A stretch of DNA of 63,419 nucleotides, filler included, from Sluysia triapertura (Eukaryota): NCBI GenBank assembly GCA_046118255.1. It is 5 parts of 5 records of this genome, joined end to end, with 100 filler letters (N's around TTAATTAATTAA, not from the genome) between each part and the next. Parts side by side here need not be neighbours in the genome. Positions count along the whole stretch, not along the records: positions 1 to 11,820 come from JBJNIA010167592.1; positions 11,921 to 25,476 come from JBJNIA010032822.1; 3 more parts are not named here. The stretch is one strand, 5' to 3'. A model generated the notes under the pieces. That model was not told the origin of the DNA, ran no database searches, and saw nothing but the letters and a program-made list of their open reading frames with translations. Position numbers and translations under genes: made by a program. Positions within the stretch are counted from its first letter, which is position 1; each line of letters opens with the position of its first letter. Shown here piece after piece: positions 1 to 14,387 of the stretch.

Positions 1-71
<71 letters not shown>
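1..71. repeat. (AAT)n microsatellite
   Basis: Pure ATA/AAT trinucleotide run at the window start. Confidence 0.95.
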
Positions 72-72
<1 letters not shown>

Positions 73-2150
73 TCAAACTCGCAAATAATATTAATAGCCG
101 TGTTTAATCAGCAGCAAATATAATTCCTATAAATATGTTGAACATTTTTCGTTTCAATTATTCTTTCTATTGTTAATTTCTTTCTTTACTTAACTAATTT
201 TGTATTATCGTGATAATATAGCCAATTTTATCTACATATTAATTAATTTGCCTTTATACATGTTTGGCATTCATTACTTTATTTCTATTTTCATGTAATG
301 GTAAACTTTTTCATCGTGTGCTATCCATTCCGAATTGCTAATTAAATGGAATGAGTTCACATTGATTTTTCTTGCATTATTCAGAAACAAAACTAAACTT
401 TCAAAATGTTTACTTTAAAATTTTATTTGTTTCTAATGTTTCTTTTTTATGTATTACTTCTGTTCCATAATAAATGAGTCATTTAGTAGGTTTTATTTAA
501 TAAAGACAATAATCATAAATTTATTGATTTATATAAATCAATATTTATAGAAATGATATTTTTACAAAAATTCAAAATTTTAATTATACCCTAATTGCTC
601 ATTTAATTTGGTATTTAAAATCAATATTGAATAATTAACTTGAAAATTCAATTATAAAATTATGTTTTCGAGTTTGGTTGTGAAATTTTATTTGGAAAAT
701 ATTTTCAAAAACGGCTCCACCATGCCAACAAATTTTAATTAATTAATTGTAGAAAATAAAAATACTAAACATATATTTATGAGAAAGATATCGAATTTAG
801 ATTATTTTTAATTGTTCATATCGTAGTTGTGAACATGAATTAACTCGGACGTGTTAACCCTTTAACCCTTAATTCATGATTTTCGACAGCCTTCGAAAGA
901 ATGTATCATGTAGATAGTGATACATGATATTATTCTACAACAGTGCGCGAATAATAATGACTTTGATAATTGTCAGATTTATTTGACTAAATAGTTTTTT
1001 GCTATTTAGTATGATGATATTAAATATATTGATTTTACAATACAATGATTATCTAGAGATTGTGTCGACATGATAATGTAGTGCATTATCGTATTTAATG
1101 GCAAATCAGTCCTATTTCGAATTTTCTTTTAAATTACTCGACTTAATTTCACAATCAAGTAACTAAATAATTAGATTAACTCACTGTTTGAATGTTAACA
1201 AATGGAATTAATACTTTTCAACATGAGAAAATTCATTTGATTGAATTACAGCTTTAAATTTTGAGATGATCATCAGTATAATGTTTTTTAAATTCGATAA
1301 CATTTTTTTTAAATAGCATTTTTGTTCTGATAGTCTGTCAAATTTTATCTCTCGTTTCTTTCTTACCGAATAATCGGACCTTTTTTTTCTTTTGAGTATT
1401 AACAATTTCAAAAATCAAATAAAAACAAAAAAAAGTCGCAATTGCACAAAGTTTGTGTTTAGTATATTCACACTTTTATCGCTATTGGTTTCTGTTTTAT
1501 AAATATACAACCTCCAAAAGTGATAAATGCACATATTTTTTATACCATCAGCTTTTAAATTAATAAACATTCTATTGAAATAAACACATATGGATGAATT
1601 AAATAAAAGTTATCACAAAATGTAATTATTAAAACACACACTACTTCATTTGTACATAATCGAATTTTTCGGTGATACAGATTACTTAAATATTAGTATC
1701 AGTGTGAATGAAGTATTAAAAATAGTAATGAATAAAATTTAACGAAAACGTTACAATGTAAGTTTACGTCTTTGATATAGATGTACACCGTTGTAGGACA
1801 TGCATGACGTAACATCTGTTGTTATTAAAAATAAATATATTGCAAATAACAACAACTGTATTGTTTTTACGTTTCAACTTAAATCATATGTGTATTTCAT
1901 TTTTTTTATTGCAGGATATTTTATCCTGATTACCTGTAATATAACCTATAATACTTTCGCACAACATACACACGAGTATCCACATTTTATAATTTTTACC
2001 GCATTATGAACTCTAAAAATAGCCTTCCACTTATTCGTAAAATCCTAGTTTTGTCGACTCCAGTACACTAGCGATACAATGTGTAGCACGTGTTAACTCG
2101 TGTTACCGCATCAAAATTTCCGCCCATGCCAATATTTATCATTTATTTGT

Positions 2151-2314
2151 NNNNNNNNNNNNNNNNNNNNNNNNNNNNNNNNNNNNNNNNNNNNNNNNNN
2201 NNNNNNNNNNNNNNNNNNNNNNNNNNNNNNNNNNNNNNNNNNNNNNNNNNNNNNNNNNNNNNNNNNNNNNNNNNNNNNNNNNNNNNNNNNNNNNNNNNNN
2301 NNNNNNNNNNNNNN
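2151..2314. other. Assembly gap (N run without linker)
   Basis: 164 N. Confidence 0.98.
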
Positions 2315-3829
2315 TTTTCATACATAACCAATTAAGATAATTTCTTTGAATCGAGGTTATTATCATTATACAAATAATGTTTATGTAATACATCTTAGAA
2401 TTGTTTGACATTTTAATATAATATACGACGATAGAAAACTAAACTGATTAGAGTTAAATGCAAGATTAATAGAAAAGTAACAAATATTATTATAGGATTT
2501 GTTAATTATTATAGAATTATGAAAAATTTGTTAAATTTTTCATTTTAATTAATTCTTTTCTATTGCATTTAATTCATCTTGTTACAACCATAAGGCTTTG
2601 ATCGATTCAAACTGTGCATCAATATCTAAATTAATTTTATATTCGAGCAGATCTCATCCTATTTTTCAGACTTTGAATGCATTTTGTTATAATCTGATCA
2701 ATTATGCATTTTCTGAAACTTTTCCGTTTTGCAAATTATATTTTATTGACTAATCATTCATTCATATGATCCAATCAATTAAAATACACACAATGCACAC
2801 TTAGAAATTACATTCGTCATAAATTACTCATATTAATCATTCATCAATTATAAAACATCTTTGCAAAATTATCTAAAATTTAATTACACCAAAAAACCGC
2901 ATTAAAAACAATAAAATTATTACAAACAATTATATTATAGAAAATATTGTGTAAATTAAAAATTAAGTCAAAAAGTAATAACATAATAATAAACAATAAG
3001 TGAATAAAATAGTGGTAATTAAAATTAACAGGGAAAAATAATAACATATATACTATGAAATAATAACAAACTATAGTGTATATGAAATCAGACTATAGTG
3101 TAATTACACTATATATTACTGTATTACAAAAATTGAAAAATGTCGTTATTATGGAAGAAATCAAGTATAAATAGACGGGTTTTTATGAACGCATTTTACA
3201 AGGTATCGATCGATTTAGTTTCAAGTATTTGATTTGGTATCGATTTGGTTATTCATCAAAGATTTTCAATTGCTTTTCGAGTTAAGGGTAGTTGTTATAT
3301 TCCTAGTCAAGGTATTTGAATAACTGACATTTTACATTTAAAATACATTAATATTCTACTGTGAGTTTTCATCAGAATAGCATGTAAAATAACTTAATTG
3401 TTAAATTTAAACTTGATTTTTAAAAGAAGTTCATAAGTACCTAAAATATAATTACGTGTGGTATATTTTTTTTCTGTATATTATTCGAATTATTCTGTAG
3501 ACTTTCTATTTGTTACATACATTTGATAAATAAACTTTTAGTGAGTTTAGTTTATAATATTTGATTTTAAGGAGAACTTGAATTTTAACGTTAATCAAAC
3601 AACATTGCACTTCCATCTCTTACACCAGAGAAGAATGAATAGTAACCTCCAGAAGTTAGTGTAAGTGTTAGAAAATAATGTAGGTAAAAAGAGCTAAGTC
3701 AAACTTCATAAACTTATAAACTACAGCTACAAAATAATCTAACATAACTCTTAACTAAGGATCTTTCGTAAAGAGATCCTGAAAAGAATTTATTTTTAAT
3801 TTAAAATATTTTATGTGCCTAATGTTTCC

Positions 3830-4320
3830 TATAATCAAATGACTCATCATTTACAATGCGCATTAGAATCAGAAGAATTTGTCAATGTTGATTGTGAAAC
3901 ATTCTTGCACTCGAAACCCATGACTATGGCTTTATCTTGCTTGTAATTATTGAAATGTTTTTTGACGCGTTAAGTAGCTTATCTGAAAATCAATCACTGC
4001 TGAAAATGCCACCTTGGAAAATATTTGGCTAATTTTAGCTGTAGCATTGCATTTTTTAATTTTGGAAGTCAAATTTCTATCGAAAGTGTTTCACATATCT
4101 TGTCTCAATCTTTGTGAGTAGTTAACAGTATTCAAATTTACCTTTCCGGTTTTAGTATTTGATGAATCGCTCAAGATAATCCCAGAGAACAAAAGAAACA
4201 TGTTCCACGATTTGCATTTGATATTTCTTATGTGAGCAACTTTTGCATTATTTTTGTACTATTGTCCTCTTTAATCAATAATATTACACAATTCCAATAT
4301 TCTTAAATTCCATGTATATT
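3830..4320 (-). mobile_element. Possible decayed pogo/Tigger-like transposase relic
   Basis: Broken minus-strand frames give fragments such as RKGKFEY and RVKKHFN, reminiscent of the CENP-B-type HTH region; many stops and frameshifts. Confidence 0.25.
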
Positions 4321-6559
4321 ACACGAAGCTTCTCAGTATTCGTTTATTTTAATTATTAATAAAATTAATTATTTATAGGGATTGCATTGAAAATAATTAG
4401 ATATTTAATGTTTTTAATATTTTTCTTTTACTTTGATTAGTTGTGGTTATGTTACCTATTGTGTTAATTTACAATTGCTCCAATCTGAAAATATAAAATA
4501 AAATAATTATTATTATTAATCAAGACGACGGAAATTAAAAAATGAATTAATACAAAAAATGATCGTGATGATGAAAATGTTTTGGAAAATTATGAAAATT
4601 ATAATTGTATTTCATTTATTTAAAGTAGCATAAAGTAGCTGATACTTTATATGTAAATGATTTGTTATTGTGCCATTGTTATGAAATCATTAGGTGATAC
4701 GAAAATGCAGCACAAATTCAGCGACTATTTATCGAACCTTTATATATACCCAGTTATATTATATATTGTTCTGTTTGTTTCTTTTTTATTCAATAAATCT
4801 TTTGTTAAATTGGTTAATTTGTTTACTTTAAACTTGTAATTGTTATAAAAGGCCTTACTCCTGAAGTTTTTAACAATCTTGTTTCTAAATATGTAATTAA
4901 AATTAAAAATATAATTCTAGTTTAATTTATTCAAAACATATAGTTAAAGTTTTCGGTTTTTTAACGATTATATTGCCCTCACCAAAGTATACATTAAGAA
5001 TTATAGTATAAGTTAAACAAGTTTCAATTTAAAAATTATTTGTAAATATTTTAATCTCTAAGTATCCAATATTTGTCAATATAGTTTCATAGTTTCGCTG
5101 CAATTTTTCTCTAGTTAATAATCTTTTGAAGTTTTTTTTCTTTTATGAATATTAATACGAATGAGAAATACAATTTACTTATAAATTAACTTTTGAAAAA
5201 ATCAAGTAATTTTTCAGAGTCTATCAAAATATTTGGTTTTACTTGATTATTGAAAAATTATCCAATTATGTTAAAAATCTCAAAAATATTTTTTGAATCG
5301 AGTTTTTTAATAATTAATCAACATTGATTTTATTTAGGATTTACACGCTGATATGAATTTTGAAGTCATTTTAATCGATATTGGTTATGCAAGAACCGAT
5401 TCTACGTTTGTCCAAACAACCAAGCCAAGCATTCCTCGGCTTCTTTATTACATTTTGATGTATGTTGTGTTTAAAAGCGTTTCAGAAACTCCTACAGAAA
5501 TTTTGTAAAATGCATTTGAATATTTTTCTTATTAAATTTTTCTTGAATTATTTGCAATAAATATTAAGTCCAATGATAATTTAATTATTGAATCAATTTT
5601 TCTAATATATAGTATATTTAGGTAAATTTTTTGTACTTATATTCAGCATAATTTAAGTATGCGTTTTATTAGGTTGTATTCCCTAGTATACGTAATAATT
5701 GTGATAATGATTTTAATAATAGTACTGTAAAATAATAATTTATATGAATGATAATAAAAAATATTTATCATGACTTATTATGTAATTCATATTGTGATAG
5801 TTTCGTCTACATTTTGTAAAACTGAATAACGAATTATTAGCATTATTAAAAGTTTAAATAAATAATTGAAGAAGTTAAACATTTGTTTTAAAAGAAAATA
5901 AATCATACTTAAGAAATAACAGAGACTTAAGTATTGTAAATTAATAATAAGAAAATTAAATATGAAAAATTAAACAAATTAATATATTAAATTTATGAGA
6001 GCAAACATTATGTACAATATTTAACTGATAAAGAATTTATAAATTAAATGCGAATTAAGATAAGTTAAAAATAATTAATAAATTCTAATATTAATGTGAG
6101 TTGACAGAGTAAAATCATTTTACATAAATAGGCCGAAGACTGAATAAAAAACTCAGCAAGTTTTTAAATACAATTTTCATCATTTTTTTCGTGAGCACTG
6201 ATTCCCAAGAATTTTCAACAATTATCATTGTCCAAGTTCTGCGAATATAACAAGTTTTTTGTACAATTCTTGGATTGTAATCAATCAAACGTATTTATTG
6301 ATACAATAAGCTTTTACATAAGTTTTCTCTTACAAAAGAAATAAATATCAACTTAAATTTTGTAAAGTTTTAAAATTGCTTAAGCTAGTTAAAAAATTAT
6401 TTTAGAACTCATTGTTGAACGATATGGTTGAACAATAATTATGTTTATATATGTTTTGATTGCCCAGTTAGTGTCTAGAAAATAAAATATATATAAGAAA
6501 AAGTTATAAAATATCTGAAATATAAATAATTAAATATTTACATAGCAAAAGTAATGAAT

Positions 6560-9200
6560 AGTAAAGTGTTTATAATCGTTTTGAAACCGAAGAACACCTT
6601 GGAGTTCCACAGACCTTTGTAGGGTATTGAAACCCTTATGAAAACCATTGAGACCTTCGATTAACTTTGTAAAATGTTGGAACCTTTAAAATCTTCAAAG
6701 ATTGAAATTATTGTTAATGATATAAAAGATAAATTTGATACATTAATGATTAAAATAAAAAAGTAGAAAAAGGAATCCGAGTGGTGAAGGTGAAAACATC
6801 TAGAGCCTCTTGAAAACCTTGTAAAGTATTTAATAACTTTATAACAAAACCTTTAAACTTAGAATAAAATAAGTTAAAGTGAATAATTAATAAATTAAAA
6901 TATTAATTAATTAACTTAATTAAGAAAAATTACCTTTGTATGAATGACTTTTGAATGAGGAATGATATGTTCAAATTGTAAGTCTGTGTGTATATGTTTT
7001 AAAGAGATCTTCCGATGAAGATAAAGTTTGACCGAGTTCATGCGAGGAAAGCCTCTATATAGAGCAAAGTTTAATTTTAATTAATTTTCAATATGAAATG
7101 ATGAAATTTTCATATTTAGAATGATGAAGATAGGATAAATTTGGTATGGAATGATTGCTATGAAATAGGAGAATCCGAAAATGAGGTTGAAATTTTTATG
7201 AAATGGTTCGTTTTGGAATGAGAACCTTAAACATTTTCTATTAAAAAATTGAGTGTGAGGAACTGAAAATTAATTAAACTGCAAAAACTGAACTTAAGTT
7301 AATTATTTTAAAGTATGTCAATAATAATAATAATAATTGTTATTTTAATGTAAGAAGTGATTCATGAAAAAATAGATCGAGTAGAGTATAAGAAAAAATA
7401 AGAGTTGATTGTTAATCGAATTGGTATATTTAGCTTTCAGGTTGTACCATGTAAATGTCAAAGTCGGTTTAACCTTTAAACTGATGATTTGCTTAATAGT
7501 AATTCCTGATTGCGAATGTAGAAATGATTGATGACATAAAAGTATAAATTAGAAGACTTAGGCAGTTTTACTCACACATAAAAAAGGGGAGACAACATTC
7601 ACAGGTGATCGCTATAAGAAGATCCATGCTTTCGGTAAAGTCTTTTAAATTTTTATTTTAAATATATATTAATTTTAATAAGGGCTATTTTATAATATTT
7701 TAGATTTCATTATAGATCCGGTTAAAACAAATTTTTGTTTTAAATTTTTTTTAATATATTGTCATAATATTCTAAATTTCATAATTATTGATTTAGTTAA
7801 AGTAAATTATACTTTTATCTTTGGGATTAGCCCTCACACATTTAGTAAACAATTTTGTATTTTTAGGGGGATTCATTTTTATTTAATCTAGATCATTTGT
7901 TGGGATTGCACAACTGTAGATCAGGAGATGCGTAAGAAACATATAGAACTATAAAATTAAGGAAGAACTGATACAAGTGATGGATTAAACATTATAAACA
8001 TTAACAGCTAAAAAATATCTTAAGGGTTGGAGACCTTATGGAAACCTTTAGAAGCATTAAGGTATATTTGAACTTGTAAACCATTAGATCATTTAAGACC
8101 TTATTATTTGAAGAATCTATAAGCATTTGAGATCATTTAGTAATCATATAAAGTGTTTAAAATCTTTGAAATATTTGAGAAATAAAATCATTGTTATTAA
8201 TATTAAAAATAAATCTAGTATAATAATAATTAACATGAAGAAGTAGAAAAGGGAATCAGATAAAAACATCTAGAGCCTCCTGAGTGCTTTATAAATTACT
8301 AAATTACTTTAGAACCTCAATAAAACCTTTAAATATAGAATAAGATTAAGTCTAAAAATTAATCTTAATTAACTTAATTAAGAAAAAGGGCGTTTTGTGA
8401 ATAACTTTTGAATGCGGTTGAATTTGAAACCGTCTGTGGATTTATTTTGAAAAGATATGATTTGACTGAGTTCATGCAAAGAAAGCCTTAATATTGAGTA
8501 AAGTCAAATTTTAATTAATTTTTAATTAATGAATGTTGAATTTTTAATACTTAGAGTGATGCAAATGTAATGAATGGAATATGAGATGATTGCTATGAAA
8601 GAGGAGAATCTAGAAGTGAGTTTGAAATATTGTAGAGTGGTTTGTTTCAGAATAAGAACCTTAAAACTCTTTTCATTAGAAAATTGGGTGTGAAAAACCA
8701 GAAATCAATTAAATTCTGATAACTAAAATTAAATTACTTATTTTTTTTAATGTTTGTTAACAATAATAATGATTGTTATATTAATGATTGTTATATTAAT
8801 GTGAACATTAATTTTAGTAAAAGTAGATTGAGTAGAGTAAAGGAAAATAATAGATAATCATAAATCAAAATTTTGCTTTCTGTATCTAATAAAGTTTGAC
8901 AGTCTGTACCATGTAAGTAACAAAGTAAACAATAATTGTCGGATTAATTCTCAAAGAATGTTGCACTGATATGTGTGAGAAAATGTTTAATCACAAAATT
9001 GGAAATTATTGGATAATGATAAAATATAAAAAGGAAAACTTAAAAATTTTATTAAACAACGCAACAACAATTACAATGACAATACAACAATAATAACAAT
9101 TGGTAATGCAATTGAGAATATCTATGCTTTAAGTAATTTTTGAATTTATTTTATAATAAAAAATAATATTTTTTGGAGGATTTAATTAAAATAGTTTTTT
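6560..9200 (+). repeat. Two diverged tandem copies (~1.45-1.5 kb period) of dispersed repeat 'module B'
   Basis: Shared anchors: AAAACATCTAGAGCCTC at 6793 and 8263; GAGTTCATGC..GAAAGCCT at ~7034 and ~8468; GAGTAGAGTA at ~7380 and ~8830; TGTACCATGTAA at ~7443 and ~8904. Confidence 0.85.
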
Positions 9201-10357
9201 GTTCTTGTGTTGTGTTGGAAAATTTATATTTGATAATCATGAATAATATTTAATATTTTTCTTAGTGTTATATCCTTAAGACTATTATAAACGTTATTGT
9301 TAATCTCGACATTTTAATCATTTTAATAGATATTTAATAGATATCTATAATAATAGATATTTATAATAATAGATATTTATAATAATACTAATTTGTAATT
9401 GATTTAATCATTTTAGTACTGCTTAATAGAGATTTATTATAATATTAATTAGTAGTTTATTTTTATTTAACCAGTAAATTGTTGTGTTGTTATTGATTTG
9501 ATTTTTTAAGAGCTTAATTTTGCGGTGAATAATTATTGATATTAAGTAAAAGAATTAAATTACTTAAAATTATACTTGATATGATGACTACTTAAATAAA
9601 TGAGATTTTTTAAAGCTAATTAAATTGATATTTATTTCAAATAATTTACTAATTTTCAAAGGCGCAACAAATTGTTTAAGGTGAAATTATTAAATGTACT
9701 TAAAATCCTATTTATTTCAATTATTAGTCCCTTAACTTAAATCTTACATTTAGAAAAGTAAACGCTCTTCGAGCTTTAATTTTAAATTATTATTTTTATC
9801 AACTTACATTTTTACAATTAGTTTTTAGTATTATATAGCTTATATATTCATTTTTGTGTACAATAAAATTATAGCTATTTTCACTTTGTTGAGAATTATA
9901 CATTAAATCAATAAATTTAAGACAACTAAATACATCGTTAATTTTTTAACTGAGCATTTGGTAAGACCCTAATTAAGAGACATTGTTATTTAGACAAAGT
10001 ATTAGCTTATAAAGTTACAAAAACAGCCTCTTCACTATATAAGATGTTTACTATAACCAAATCCTGCTCAAGAATATTTTGTCAAGAATAATGATCTCTA
10101 CAATGAAGAAACCTTCTTTGAATAAAAATAAACATTTCATAATAATTTTTTTCAAATTTCTAATTTTCTAAATAGGACAATATTATTTCTTGGTGTATCA
10201 TCCAAAAAAATAAAAGCAGGATATTATACACGGATATTTACGGTAATTTAGTTTATTAGTTTTATTTATTTATATTATTTAATATTGATGATGGATTGTT
10301 GGTATTTTTATTTTATTGCATCAAATTTTTTGTCAAAAAATCGATTTTTATAATAAA

Positions 10358-10600
10358 ATGAATGCGACTAAATGCGTCATTCCTGAACAGCAGTGTAAGG
10401 ATTATTTAATTATTAAACCTTATCCGAAAAGCGATTTTGGTCCTGTTGAAAATTACATTAGATCAGCTATTATCTTATTTACTTTATTTTACTTTTTCGT
10501 TGGTATATCAGTTGTATGTGATAGATTTATGGAAGGAATTGAAGTAATAACTTCATTAGAAAAGAAATTTACAAAAAGAAAAAATAACGGTGAATTAGTT
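10358..10600 (+). CDS. Na+/Ca2+ exchanger (SLC8/NCX/Calx family), first visible coding exon; true start uncertain
   Basis: ...YFFVGISVVCDRFMEGIEVITSLEK matches the NCX TM1 signature (F.G.SI..DRFM..IEVITS.EK); GTTAGT donor at 10601, phase 0. Confidence 0.85.
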
Positions 10601-10649
10601 GTTAGTTTAAATATAAATTTTTCGATACATCAATTGTACAAATAAGTTT

Positions 10650-10820
10650 ATCAAAAAGATCATTATTTTACCACCTGCTCATTGACGTAATTGGCAAAAT
10701 TATTTCTAATATTTCTGACATTTTTCTCATGCAACGTAGACACCATTAATGCAGGATTTGAATTTTTCGTTACGTTAAAAATATAAGATTAACTCTTTTG
10801 GGACAATATTCAATGACTTA
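10650..10820 (-). mobile_element. Possible Tc1/Tc3-like transposase relic inside the NCX intron
   Basis: Minus-strand fragments NEKFKSCING and RQ*AGGKIMIF resemble the DEKKFNLDG and RQFGGGSVMVW motifs. Confidence 0.3.
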
Positions 10821-11153
10821 TGGTTGTAGATGGTACAAAGGTGTACCGAAAGGATTAGTAAAATTAACAAGGTTTTAAGCGATTTTTGTGCTAAATCTAA
10901 CAATACAAGTCTTGTTTCTGCGTAACAGCAGCTCTATATAATATGAATTCATTATAGTTCAACCATTAATTTTGAATTCAAACACAAATATGATATTGGG
11001 TTTATGTATTGAAAAGTTGAATATATGGATACAAATAAATAGTGAGATTAACTTTGAGATATTTTTAAATTTTAAAAACCAATAGCTTCATATAACAATG
11101 TTTCAATGTTTTTGCATCTAAATGTTAATCTGTATACTGTTTATATAATTTAG

Positions 11154-11464
11154 TTAACAAGTGAAAAAATATGGAATGTTACAGTTTCAAATTTAACACT
11201 AATGGCGTTGGGTTCTTCGGCACCAGAAATAATGTTGGCAATTATAGAAATTTATGCGAAAAATTTCCATTTAGGTGAATTAGGTCCAGGTACAATTGTA
11301 GGCAGTGCAGCTTTTAATTTGTTTGTAATTTGTGGTATTTGTATATCAGTAATACCAAATAATGAAATAAGACGACTAGAACAATTAAATGTATTTCTAT
11401 TTACGGCTGCTTCATCTGTATTTGCGTACATTTGGACTTATACGATTATTTCTGTCATTTCACC
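11154..11464 (+). CDS. Na+/Ca2+ exchanger, next exon (alpha-1 repeat)
   Basis: TTTAG acceptor ending 11153, in phase with the previous exon; IWNVTVSNLTLMALGSSAPEI...LGPGTIVGSAAFNLF is the NCX alpha-1 repeat; GTTAGT donor at 11465; no further exons before the contig end at 11820. Confidence 0.93.
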
Positions 11465-11820
11465 GTTAGTATCTATACAAAATAGGGTTTGCAAAAATAA
11501 TAAAATGTGATTTATAAATAAACCATTTTTAAATACTAAGTTTGTCAATTTTTACGATAAATAAATGTTAATACTTTAATTTCATTTAATAAAATTGTGA
11601 CTAAAGAAATAAATATATGCATAATTGATTTTCAAGAGATTTTCAAAAATTTTATTCAAAGTTAAACTATTATACTGTAAAAATTAGGTAAATGTGGCTT
11701 TATATATGTATTTATGTATAATGTGTCAATTTGTTTAGATAGGTGTTATATGGATTCAAAAATGAACATGGAAGAAAATATTAATTGTATTGTTAAAAAG
11801 TGTAAATATCAATTAAATAA

Positions 11821-11920
11821 NNNNNNNNNNNNNNNNNNNNNNNNNNNNNNNNNNNNNNNNNNNNTTAATTAATTAANNNNNNNNNNNNNNNNNNNNNNNN
11901 NNNNNNNNNNNNNNNNNNNN
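11821..11920. other. Artificial contig-joining spacer
   Basis: 44 N + TTAATTAATTAA (stops in all six frames) + 44 N = 100 bp. Confidence 0.95.
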
Positions 11921-12309
11921 GTAATATATAGTGTGGTAAAAATAAATAAGCAAAAGTAAAATTTTGTTAAGTATCAAATTAATTATTAATTCTATATCTA
12001 CCTTATGTTATTTAGTTATTTCAATTTTCTTTTTTTTGAATATGATTAAAAAACGAAAATAATCTCGTTAAAGCCCATTTTTACAAAATATTTATAAATG
12101 GAAATAATTTCCAATTATTAATGAATTTTGTTTTTTAATATATGAAACACTTTTATTCTGTTATCAACTACATATTTTGTTTTTTATTTAAACTTTATAT
12201 CATATTTGTTACATTTCTCGAAACAATTAGTATAACTTATAATTAATATAAGTAATATAAATTAACATTTTAGTTATATCGTGACAATTATTCAATACGT
12301 AGCATAATG

Positions 12310-14158
12310 CTGGCATGACCAACAATTTTTTGTAAACATATTTTTATGGGCCGCACAAAATATTAAAATTAAAAATGGTAATAAGCGAAACACTTAGCTA
12401 TTATGAACCTGTCTTTAAATAATTGTAAGTAATCAAAACATCAAATTAGCATAACTAATACTTATAGTGGCTATTCTCAACACAACCTCCAAAGGAGAAT
12501 CATTCAATCTTTAGCGTGTTGTATTTTTATTTAGATTCATTAAAGAAAAGGTTTGTGTATAAATATGTGCTGCACTAAAGATTACTAACTACTTTTGGCA
12601 AGTTGTTTTAAAATTTCCATAGTTTTCAAGATTCATTTCTTATAAAAATCCTCTTGCACTTCTCGATAAGGAACGTTATCCACTTAGACAGAAAATGGAT
12701 TTTATCAATTTTTTGACGCAATCAAATCTCTGCTCGAAATATATCATTAACGCAAGATTATTTTCATGAAATATTGGAGTCTTTGCTTTTAAAGTATCTG
12801 CAGATATGGTCTGTAAAGTTAAAAAATAATCAAATTTCATCCAACCAAATTTTTAGAAAGTCTAAGGCTCTTAATTTATGTATTAAGTTATAAACAAATA
12901 ATTTATTTCTTTGTAAATTCGTTCAGATATGTAAGAATATATGCAAAGAAAATGCCAAATCACGTATCTATCTTGGATCAGCATTTTCTTTTAGCATTAA
13001 GAATATCTTTATTTCTTCTTGGAGGTCCCACTCGCGTCTTAAAACTTTATCCAAACTTTATTGTGATATATAGTACATCTAAATGGCTGGTATTAAGTTA
13101 TTCAACGAATCAATAAATTGCTTGTGATTTTAAAAGTATTTTTGTATAATGCATGCTGATGAATAATGCAATGTATAGGTATAATTTTTTAACTTATATC
13201 GATTTCGAAAAGCTTATCTTCATTATGTTTGATGAGGCCTGTATTTTATCCAACAATATTTGGTGATCTATCTGTTCACCACATTTTTCTAATCTACATT
13301 GTACTTCAAAAGACACTTTTCAAGCTCTTGGAAAAGATCTTCTCCCCTTGCGTCCTTGATCGGAACAATTGATAGAAGTTCCTCTGAAGTGTGAAAATCT
13401 TCGGTGAGTATCTTTTAAATCAGAACTATTGCATAAAAATTGACTGATTTAAAATTATCTAATAATTGATTATTTATATTAGCATTTAAATCTTCTATTC
13501 TTCTAGCAATAGATAGGCTTATATTTTCAAATTTATTTTTCACTTCTGAACAAATCACATCTTTTTCCAAATTCGGCCAAAGGTATTCCATATTAAGCAA
13601 TATGTTTTGCCACTAATAAACTTGCTCCATTAGCAGATTCCTGTAAGAGATTTTTCTGTGAAGTCAATTTTATAACCAAATATGCGGCTTGTTTTTTTCG
13701 AAATTCTTCACTTAAATTTTTTCCTCAAGTTGCATGTTTCTCAAGCTGTATTCTTTTAAAACTGTCACACTCGAGTTGCAAATAAAACAAACTGTTTCAT
13801 TATTATACATTGTAAAAAATTATTTCCACATTCTTCATTAAATATTCGGCATTCTAAATCTACTTTTTGCTTCTTGGAAACCCTCCTTGGGGGAAAAGGT
13901 TTCTTAAGACAAAATATTAAAATACCATATTAATACGCAAATAATATCATAACTAATTGAAGCAATGTTAAATTTAACCAAAGACCAGGAAACCGTTATA
14001 TTGCGAATTAAATAAATATTTCGTTTAAACAAATTTAATATATTAAATAATAACTGATAATAAAATTAATCGTGACTTCACTTGATTAATAAATGGAAGT
14101 ATAATTTTATGCCGAAAAGTTGCTCGGGGGCCGCATAAATTAATGTTGGCTATGCCTG
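12310..14158 (-). mobile_element. Decayed hAT transposon, Buster/SPIN (GTF2IRD2-like) type, with terminal inverted repeats
   Basis: TIRs CTGGCATGACCAACA (12310) and reverse complement CAGGCATAGCCAACA (ending 14158), both with subterminal GGGCCGCA; transposase fragments KQKVDLECRIFNEE, VCFICNSSVTVLKEYSLR and FENISLSIARRIEDLNANINNQL; multiple frameshifts; 8-bp flanks do not match. Confidence 0.8.
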
Positions 14159-14387
14159 TGCGAGAGTGTTTAGTTATGATAAATAAATTTATGTTCAAAA
14201 TGTTTATTCTGGTTTCAAAATCAACAAAAAGAAATAAAAGCCATTCCACAAAAACGTTTTTGTTGCTACAGATGGATAAGGAATTAAACATTTTGAGTAA
14301 TTATTTTTAAGCTCCAAAAGACTGAAACACTGAACTCAACTTATGATAGAGTAAAGATATTTAAGTTTAAATAATATAATGATTTAC

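Noticed and set aside
2090-2411. ORF-track entries spanning N runs (also 36575-36925)
   Set aside because: Open only because of N bases.
11865-11876. Palindromic TTAATTAATTAA recurring four times
   Set aside because: Always centred between two 44-N runs; an assembly linker, not a biological motif.
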